Shown piece by piece: positions 45,655-51,911 of a DNA stretch of 51,911 nucleotides. The DNA is from an uncultured Candidatus Saccharibacteria bacterium (lineage in GTDB: Bacteria; Patescibacteriota; Minisyncoccia; Minisyncoccales; JANBVM01): positions 1-51,911 of the forward strand of contig CAYSZX010000003.1 of NCBI GenBank assembly GCA_964435835.1, given 5' to 3'. How positions within the stretch are numbered: position 1 is the first letter of the stretch; each line of letters begins with the position of its first letter. Both the position numbers and the translations under genes were made by a program. Under the pieces are notes generated by a model that was given only the letters and a program-made list of their open reading frames with translations, was not told where the DNA came from and did no database searches.

Positions 45655-46615
45655 TGTAATTACATTTGGTTCGGCTACTTTAGATGTTTTTGTTCCTTAT
45701 GACCAAAGGATAGATCTTATTAAAAAAGGTGAAAGAAAAAGCCCTTTTCTTCCTTTGGGAAAAAAGCTGGAAGGAATGAAAATTGAATTTTATTCAGGTG
45801 GGGGAGGAGTTAATGGCGCAGCTACTTTTGCTGCTCAGGGTTTAAAGGTTGCTTATTGCGGGATGATCGGAAAAGATTACGCTGGTGAATTTATTTTAGA
45901 TGATTTAAAGAAAAGTAATATTAATAATCGTTTTGTTTTTAAGACTAGTGAAAAAACTTCAAATTGTTCAGTTATTTTTACCGGAGAAGAAGGGAAGGTA
46001 ATTTTACCTTACAGAGGGGCCTCAGGATGTTTACATGTTCAGGATATTCCTTTGGATAAGATGCAAGCAAAATGGTTTTATTTAGGACCTTTATCGGGAA
46101 AATTGAGAAGTAGTTTTTATAGGATTATTGAATATGCTAAGGATAACGATATTAAAATTTTTCTTAATCCAAGCAAGTATCAATTAAAAGCTCAAATTAT
46201 TAAAAAAGCGATTAAAAGGGCGGATGTTTTAATGTTAAACCAGGAAGAAGCTTCTTTGTTGACTAGGGTTCCATTTAAGAAAGATAAATTAATTTTTAAA
46301 AAATTAGATCAGTGGGCTAAAGGTATTTGTATTATGACCAAAGGAAAAGAAGGCTCAGTTGCTTCTGATGGGGAGTATTTATATAAAGCTCCAATTTTAA
46401 AAAGAAAAACTGTAGATGAAACGGGGACTGGTGATTCTTTTGGTTCAGGCTTTGTTGCTAATTACATGAAAACTTCTAATATTGTTACAGCTCTTCAATT
46501 TGCAACTGCTAATGCGGCTGCTAATTTAGAGAAAACAGGAGCAAAAGAAGGGGTCTTAAAAGAGGGAGAAAATTGGGATAAAGTTAAAGTTAAAAAGGAA
46601 AAAGTTGATTTCTAA
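45647..46615 (+). CDS. PfkB/ribokinase-family carbohydrate kinase
   Basis: GGGG.N.A, N.EEA, DETGTGDSFGSGF. Confidence 0.9.
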   Translation: MFDVITFGSATLDVFVPYDQRIDLIKKGERKSPFLPLGKKLEGMKIEFYSGGGGVNGAATFAAQGLKVAYCGMIGKDYAGEFILDDLKKSNINNRFVFKTSEKTSNCSVIFTGEEGKVILPYRGASGCLHVQDIPLDKMQAKWFYLGPLSGKLRSSFYRIIEYAKDNDIKIFLNPSKYQLKAQIIKKAIKRADVLMLNQEEASLLTRVPFKKDKLIFKKLDQWAKGICIMTKGKEGSVASDGEYLYKAPILKRKTVDETGTGDSFGSGFVANYMKTSNIVTALQFATANAAANLEKTGAKEGVLKEGENWDKVKVKKEKVDF

Positions 46616-46681
46616 GCTTGACCCTCTTTAATTATTTGTTAATATTGAAAGACAATTAAGTTTATTTTTTAAATTATTAAA

Positions 46682-47404
46682 ATGCTTACTTTAAAAGCAC
46701 AAAAAAGATCAAAGAAGAAATTAAGAGATTTAAGAAGGGATAAGTTAATCCCTGCTATTTTGTATGGACCAGAAATTGATAACCAGGAATTAGAAGTTGA
46801 TTTAATTGAATTTGAAAAATTACATGGAAAAGCAGGAGATTCTTCTTTAATTTCTTTGGAAGTTGCCAAAGATGAATTTTTAGTTTTAATTAGGAATACT
46901 CAGTTTGCTCCTATTAGTGGTAATCCTATTCATATTGATTTTTATCAACCTCCTCTTAAGGAGGAAGTTGAAGTTGAAGTTTCAGTTGTTTTCGAAGGAG
47001 AATCTGCAGCTGTTAAAAACTTAGGAGGAACTTTGGTTAAGAATCTTTCTGAACTTCCTGTTAAGGCTCTTCCTCGAGACTTACCTAAAGAAATTAAAGT
47101 TAATATTGGTTCTTTAGAAACTTTTGATGATAAGATTGTAATTAGTGATTTGGATACTTCTAATAAATTCAGGATAATAAAAGATCCTGAGGATGTTGTT
47201 GCTTCGGTTAGTCGTCCTGAGGAGATTGAAGAAGAGGAAGAAATTGAGCTTGGTGAAATGGGAGAAATGGGTGAAATGGAAGAAGAAATGGAAGGTATAG
47301 AATTAGGCGAAGATGTTAAAATGGAAGAAGGAGAGGAAATTAAAAAATCTGATGAAAAGGCAGAAAAAGCTAAGAAAGGAAAGAAAAAGGGAAAAGCAAA
47401 ATAA
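46682..47404 (+). CDS. rplY: 50S ribosomal protein L25 (Ctc type) with acidic tail
   Basis: LRR...IPAILYG, HIDFY, GES.AVK..GG. Confidence 0.93.
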   Translation: MLTLKAQKRSKKKLRDLRRDKLIPAILYGPEIDNQELEVDLIEFEKLHGKAGDSSLISLEVAKDEFLVLIRNTQFAPISGNPIHIDFYQPPLKEEVEVEVSVVFEGESAAVKNLGGTLVKNLSELPVKALPRDLPKEIKVNIGSLETFDDKIVISDLDTSNKFRIIKDPEDVVASVSRPEEIEEEEEIELGEMGEMGEMEEEMEGIELGEDVKMEEGEEIKKSDEKAEKAKKGKKKGKAK

Positions 47405-47416
47405 TTTCTTTTTAAA

Positions 47417-48931
47417 ATGTTGAAATTAAAAACAATTAAGAATTTTTTCTTGATTCCTTTGGTTTTGTTAATATTTTTTCTTTCTTTTTCTAAAGTTAAA
47501 GGTGAGAATTTAGAAAAGATTTGTGATATTGATTACATTGATAGTCAATATGAAAGTCTTTCTCGAACCGAGTACCAGTCCTTATTAGAAAAATGTCAGA
47601 ATTATTACCAAGAAAAGAGTTCTGAAATAGATGAAAATATTGAAGAAACCAAACAGAAAGAGCAAAGCTATAATAATCAGATTTATATTTTAAATAGTAA
47701 AATAGAACGTCTTAAGAATGAAATTTATCAAGACAATTTACGGGTTCAGGATTTAAGCATTCAAGTTGAAGATACTGCTTCTTCAATTGAAACAACTTCT
47801 AAGGAAATTAATAATATTGAAAATAGTTTAGCCCAAGTTTTAAGGGTTATTTACGAAGCGGATCAAAAATCTTTACTGGAAGTATTTTTATCAGAAGATA
47901 AAATTTCTGATTTTTTTGGTGATTTAGTTTCTTTGGAAGTATTAAGTTCGAAAAATAAAGAACTTTTAGAGAGGATTAAGAACTTAAAGGCTTATTTAAA
48001 TAATCAAAAAGAATCTTTAAATGAGGAAAAGGTAGATTTGGAAAAAGCCGTTAAAATGCAAGAGTTCCAAAAAGAACAAAGTAATGAATTAAAAAGCCAA
48101 CAAGAATATTTGCTATCTTTAACTGAAGCTGAATACGAACAATATCTTAGAGAAAAACAGGAAGTAGAAGAAAAAACAGCCAAGATTAGAGCTCGAATTT
48201 TTAGCTTGATGGGCATAGCAGAAGCTCCTACTTTTGGCGAAGCTATTGATATTGCTAATTTAGTTACCAGTCAGATTGATGTTCGTTCTGCCTTCCTATT
48301 AGCTATTATTAGTCAGGAATCAGCTATGGGTAGAAATGTTGGTCAGTGTTTTGTTACTGACAAGGAAACGGGAGGAGGAACTTACAGAAGTGGAGATCCA
48401 GTTGATAGGATTATACGTTCTTCGGTTCGGACATATCAGGAAAAAAGCGATTTAGATATTTTCTTAGAAATGACTGGTGACGATTTTTCTAAAACACCTG
48501 TTTCGTGCTGGATTCCTCAATGTGCTGTGAGTTGGAATAATAAACTTTATTTTTCTGGAGCCACAGTTCATTCTGATGGAAGTATTTCTTGCGATAAATC
48601 TGGTTATTATCCTTTCGGTTTTGGGGGAGCAATGGGACCTGCCCAGTTTATTCCAAATACTTGGGTTTTATATAAAGAAAGGGTTAAGTCTTATACAGGT
48701 AAATCTATTGCAAGCCCTTGGGATATTGTAGATTCTTTTACCGCTTCTGCTTTATTGTTGTCTGATAGTGGAGCTACATCTCAGGGCTATTGGGATGAAT
48801 ACTGGGCTGCTTATGATTATTATGGTGGCTCTCATAACTACTCTAAACAAGTAATGACTCGTGCTTCCTGTATCCAGGACTTTATAGATAAAGGAGCAAT
48901 GTCTTATGAATGTCAGCAATTAATTTTTTAA
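47417..48931 (+). CDS. Secreted coiled-coil protein with C-terminal lytic transglycosylase domain
   Basis: Signal peptide, PcsB/CwlO-like coiled coil, QES..G and GGAMGPAQFIP.TW. Confidence 0.8.
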   Translation: MLKLKTIKNFFLIPLVLLIFFLSFSKVKGENLEKICDIDYIDSQYESLSRTEYQSLLEKCQNYYQEKSSEIDENIEETKQKEQSYNNQIYILNSKIERLKNEIYQDNLRVQDLSIQVEDTASSIETTSKEINNIENSLAQVLRVIYEADQKSLLEVFLSEDKISDFFGDLVSLEVLSSKNKELLERIKNLKAYLNNQKESLNEEKVDLEKAVKMQEFQKEQSNELKSQQEYLLSLTEAEYEQYLREKQEVEEKTAKIRARIFSLMGIAEAPTFGEAIDIANLVTSQIDVRSAFLLAIISQESAMGRNVGQCFVTDKETGGGTYRSGDPVDRIIRSSVRTYQEKSDLDIFLEMTGDDFSKTPVSCWIPQCAVSWNNKLYFSGATVHSDGSISCDKSGYYPFGFGGAMGPAQFIPNTWVLYKERVKSYTGKSIASPWDIVDSFTASALLLSDSGATSQGYWDEYWAAYDYYGGSHNYSKQVMTRASCIQDFIDKGAMSYECQQLIF

Positions 48932-48934
48932 AAT

Positions 48935-48962
48935 AAAAAAGCAGGATTTTCTCCTGCTTTTT
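48935..48962. terminator. Bidirectional terminator between convergent genes
   Basis: A6-GCAGGA-loop-TCCTGC-T5. Confidence 0.8.
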
Positions 48963-48977
48963 AATTTAGAGTGAATT

Positions 48978-49712
48978 TTATAATTTCTTTGAAACTGTTT
49001 TGATTATTTTATCTATTTCGCCATCCATAGCGTCGTCTATATTATGCCAGTCTTCCTGTATTCGATGATCAGTTATTCTGTTTTGAGGAAAGTTATAAGT
49101 TCTTATCTTTTCTGCTCTTCCTCCTTGCCCTATTTGAGATCTTCTTTTTCTTTTCATCTTTTTCATTTTCTTTTCTCTTTGTTTTTGAAAAAGTTTTGCT
49201 TTTAAAATAGACATAGCATTTATCTTGTTTTGAAGCTGATTTCTTTCTGTCTGCGAAGAAACACTTATTCCTGATGGTAAATGAGTAATTCTGACAGCTG
49301 ACTCTGTTTTATTAACATATTGTCCTCCAGCTCCGGAAGCTCTAAAAGTATCTACTTGTAAATCACTAGATTTAATTTTTATTTTTTGAGCCTTAGTTGG
49401 TCTGAGTAAAACAGCTACTGAAACAGTAGAAGTATGAATTCTTCCTGATTTTTCTGTTTCAGGAACTCTTTGAACTCGATGAACTCCGGCCTCATTTTTT
49501 AATTTAGAATAAGCTCCTTTTCCTCTAATTTCAAAAGTAACTTGTTTGAACCCTCCAATACTAGTTGGGCGAGAATCTAATATTTTAGCTTGCCATTTTT
49601 GGTTTTTAGCATATTTTACATACATTCTAAATAAGTCTTTAGCAAAAAGACTTGCTTCGTCTCCTCCTGCTCCTGCTCTTATTTCAAAAATGACTCCTTG
49701 TTTACGAGCCAT
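48978..49712 (-). CDS. prfA: Peptide chain release factor 1, lacking the N-terminal domain
   Basis: EIRAGAGGDEA, HRVQRVPET (PxT), GAGGQ, RTYNFPQNRITDHRI; only 244 aa. Confidence 0.88.
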   Translation of the reverse strand: MARKQGVIFEIRAGAGGDEASLFAKDLFRMYVKYAKNQKWQAKILDSRPTSIGGFKQVTFEIRGKGAYSKLKNEAGVHRVQRVPETEKSGRIHTSTVSVAVLLRPTKAQKIKIKSSDLQVDTFRASGAGGQYVNKTESAVRITHLPSGISVSSQTERNQLQNKINAMSILKAKLFQKQREKKMKKMKRKRRSQIGQGGRAEKIRTYNFPQNRITDHRIQEDWHNIDDAMDGEIDKIIKTVSKKL

Positions 49713-50019
49713 TTTTCTTTTTATCTTTATTTTTCTTTTCCTGACTTTCTTCTTTCTTTTTCATTGAACCCTTCTTGTCTTTCTTTCTTTTCTTGTTTGT
49801 TTTTTCTTTTATTCTTTTTTGTTTTTCTAGTTTAGCTTTAAATTTCTGAACTCTGCCTACCTTGTCAAGATTTCTTTTTCCGCCAGTGTAAAAAGGATGA
49901 CATTGAGAACAAGCTTCTGTTTTAATTAACTCTTGAGTTGCTCCAATGTGAAAAGTGTTTCCACAGGTACATTTTACTGTAGCATTAGGATAATATTTTG
50001 GATGAATATCTTTTTTCAT
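49702..50019 (-). CDS. rpmE: 50S ribosomal protein L31 (Zn-binding type) with Lys-rich tail
   Basis: MKKDIHPKY, CTCG, CSQCHPFYTG, GRV.KF. Confidence 0.96.
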   Translation of the reverse strand: MKKDIHPKYYPNATVKCTCGNTFHIGATQELIKTEACSQCHPFYTGGKRNLDKVGRVQKFKAKLEKQKRIKEKTNKKRKKDKKGSMKKKEESQEKKNKDKKKNGS

Positions 50020-50114
50020 ATTGCCTATGTTAACAAATCGTTTGAAAAAATCAACATATTTTCAAGAATAAACTTGCAAAAAAACACTGTTTTGTTATAT
50101 TTAAATCCATAAAG

Positions 50115-50843
50115 ATGATTAAAAAGAAAAACAAATATAGTCTTGATATTAAGGAGATGGCTAAGGCTGGTTTACACTTTGGCCACAAAAAGGGAAGTAT
50201 TCATCCAAACATGAAGCCTTTTTTATACGGGGTAAGGAACTCCATGTATTTAATTGATTTAGAGAAAACAAAAGAAAAACTTGAAGAGGCTTTAGATTTT
50301 GTTAGTGAATTAATTTCTCAAGGTAAAAAATTATTAGTGGTTGGAACTAAAATTCAGGCTCAGGAATTAACAGAAGAATTTGCTAAGGAATGTGATCTTC
50401 CTTATGTCAAAGAAAGATGGATTGGTGGAACTTTTACTAATTTTAAAGTAATTAAGAAAAGGATTAATCATTTTAAAAAATTAGAAGAAAAGAAAGAGGA
50501 GGGAATTTTTGAAAATCGTACTAAGAAAGAGATAAGTGATATTAAAAAAGAATTAAAAGGTTTCGAAAGAAGATTCGGCGGTATTAAAGATTTAGAAAAG
50601 ACTCCGGACGCTGTTTTTGTTTTAAGTATGAAGAAAAACGATATTACTGTTGAAGAGTCAAGAGATAAAGGAGTTACTGTGATCGGTGTTTCTGATGCTG
50701 ACTTCGATCCTGAATTAGCTGATTATCCTATTCCAGCCAATGATGATTCTAGAACTGCGGTAAAATATTTATTAGATAAATTTAAGGAGGTTATTCTAAA
50801 AGCAAAAAAGAAAGCTCCGAAAATTAAAAATAAAGAAAAATAA
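50115..50843 (+). CDS. rpsB: 30S ribosomal protein S2
   Basis: AGLHFGH, VGTK, RWIGGTFTN, IPANDD. Confidence 0.97.
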   Translation: MIKKKNKYSLDIKEMAKAGLHFGHKKGSIHPNMKPFLYGVRNSMYLIDLEKTKEKLEEALDFVSELISQGKKLLVVGTKIQAQELTEEFAKECDLPYVKERWIGGTFTNFKVIKKRINHFKKLEEKKEEGIFENRTKKEISDIKKELKGFERRFGGIKDLEKTPDAVFVLSMKKNDITVEESRDKGVTVIGVSDADFDPELADYPIPANDDSRTAVKYLLDKFKEVILKAKKKAPKIKNKEK

Positions 50844-50847
50844 TAGT

Positions 50848-51294
50848 ATGGTTTCTATAAAAGATGTTAAAGAGCTTCGTAATAGAACTGGTGTTTCTCT
50901 TGGAGAATGTAAGAAAGCTTTAAAAGAATCGGGAGGTGATATTGAGAAAGCAGAAAAAGCTTTAGAAGAGCTTGGTAAAAAAGTTGTTCAAAAGAGAATG
51001 GACAAAGAAGCTGAAGCGGGAATTGTTGATTCTTACATTCACAATAATGGGAAAGTAGGTGTTTTACTTCAATTAAATTGTGAAACAGATTTTGTTGCTC
51101 GTTCTGATGAATTTGAAAAGTTAGCTCATGAATTGTGTTTACAAATTGGTTTTGGTTCGGCAGATGACGTGCCTCTTTTAGAAAGGAAGTGGATAAAAGA
51201 TCAAAACAAAACAATTAAAGAGTTAATTGAAGAAAAGATGGGAAAGTTAGGAGAAAAAATTATTATTAAAAGATTTACTAGATATGAGTTATAA
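50848..51294 (+). CDS. tsf: Elongation factor Ts (short form)
   Basis: VKELR.RTG....CKKAL, YIH, NCETDFVA. Confidence 0.93.
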   Translation: MVSIKDVKELRNRTGVSLGECKKALKESGGDIEKAEKALEELGKKVVQKRMDKEAEAGIVDSYIHNNGKVGVLLQLNCETDFVARSDEFEKLAHELCLQIGFGSADDVPLLERKWIKDQNKTIKELIEEKMGKLGEKIIIKRFTRYEL

Positions 51295-51640
51295 TTTAGA
51301 TTTAATTGCTCAATTTAGTTTGCTTTTTAGTTTTGTTGGTTTAGTCCAGATGGCGTTAAGTAAAATGTCAATTTTGTCTGGATTACCAGAAACTACTCAG
51401 ACAAAAGAAGAAAATAAATTTTTTGTGGAAATTAAAAGAAAGGTTGTAGATGAGAATCCCTTGAAGGAAGTAAATTATGATAGATTGTTAAGCAAAATTT
51501 TAAAAGGGATAAGACTTTTCTTTTTAAAAGCAGATAATAAGCTTTTTGGCTGGACTCGCAAATTAAAAGAAAATAGTCAAAAAAAGAAAATAGAAGAAGA
51601 GGGGGACTATTGGGATAAAGTTAAGAAAAACACAAGATAA
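51284..51640 (+). CDS. Hypothetical protein with N-terminal TM helix
   Basis: 118-aa ORF overlapping the tsf stop. Confidence 0.7.
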   Translation: MSYNLDLIAQFSLLFSFVGLVQMALSKMSILSGLPETTQTKEENKFFVEIKRKVVDENPLKEVNYDRLLSKILKGIRLFFLKADNKLFGWTRKLKENSQKKKIEEEGDYWDKVKKNTR

Positions 51641-51645
51641 TTTTG

Positions 51646-51717
51646 GCCAGGATAGCTCAGCGGCAGAGCAACGGTTTTGTAAACCGTAGGTCGTGGGTTC
51701 GATACCCTCTCCTGGCT
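51646..51717 (+). tRNA. tRNA-Thr(TGT)
   Basis: Acceptor GCCAGGA/TCCTGGC; anticodon arm ACGGT-TTTGTAA-ACCGT. Confidence 0.95.
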
Positions 51718-51723
51718 CTGTTT

Positions 51724-51753
51724 AGAGCAGGTATTTTTTACCTGTTCTTTTTT
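51724..51753 (+). terminator. Intrinsic terminator after tRNA-Thr
   Basis: AGAGCAGGTA-loop-TACCTGTTCT followed by a T run. Confidence 0.75.
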
Positions 51754-51755
51754 AT

Positions 51756-51784
51756 TTGACATTCTTATTTTTAAAATATAAAAT
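51756..51784 (+). promoter_or_regulatory. rRNA operon promoter
   Basis: TTGACA-17 nt-TAAAAT upstream of the 16S start. Confidence 0.75.
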
Positions 51785-51858
51785 AGCAAATGCGAAGTAC
51801 ACTAAAATTAAATAATTTTGTTCTAGTATTAGTTCCTTAGAGTTGTCTCGTACAATTT

Positions 51859-51911
51859 TATTCTGAGGATTTGATCCTGGTCCAGGATGAACGCTGGCGG
51901 CGTGGATAAGG
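51859..51911 (+). rRNA. rrs: 16S rRNA 5' end (partial; start approximate)
   Basis: TTTGATCCTGG..CAGGATGAACGCTGGCGGCGTGGATAAGG. Confidence 0.95.

Noticed and set aside
4324..51214. Short overlapping or antisense ORFs in the track (e.g. 4324, 4602, 5282, 6025, 8148, 9310, 9548, 12514, 16276, 18579, 21029, 28171, 28459, 31171, 33408, 35145, 35819, 39766, 46669, 48004, 49546, 50867)
   Set aside because: Shadows of well-supported genes with no recognisable motifs; the Arg/His-rich 21029 ORF is simply the reverse of the poly-Asp repeat
1..51911. Alternative genetic code (UGA=Gly) as in Gracilibacteria/Absconditabacteria
   Set aside because: Long genes are intact under code 11, several end in TGA, and RF2 is present

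Overview
AT-rich bacterial chromosome segment, almost entirely + strand. It most likely comes from a Patescibacteria/CPR (Parcubacteria, Nealsonbacteria-like) organism, judged from the 16S 5' end (GGCGTGGATAAGG), the reduced fermentative gene set and standard code 11 (TGA stops, prfB present). Most of the window is housekeeping: murJ, lepA, ftsB, frameshifted prfB, ftsEX, uppP, glycolysis/fermentation genes, an Rrf2-iscS-iscU-mnmA-thiI cluster, rplY, prfA, rpmE, rpsB, tsf, five tRNAs and the start of an rRNA operon. Three things stand out. (1) A ~10.3 kb histidine-themed island bracketed by a duplicated murJ 5' end, encoding a symporter-like protein, a divergent HisRS paralog, tRNA-His, an AstE/AspA deacylase, a CntK-like His racemase, a GNAT, a VanX-like D,D-dipeptidase, a LOG/SLOG protein, a canonical HisRS and His ammonia-lyase. 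(2) A full-length archaeal-type transcription factor B (TFB/TFIIB) gene among bacterial genes. (3) Next to it, a degenerate FtsZ with an RNA polymerase alpha-CTD-like domain inserted in its tail. Also noted: an RF1 lacking its N-terminal domain, a standalone poly-Asp microprotein, a HepT/DUF86 toxin relic, and two small genes missed by the ORF track. All family assignments come from motif recognition by eye; no database searches were run.
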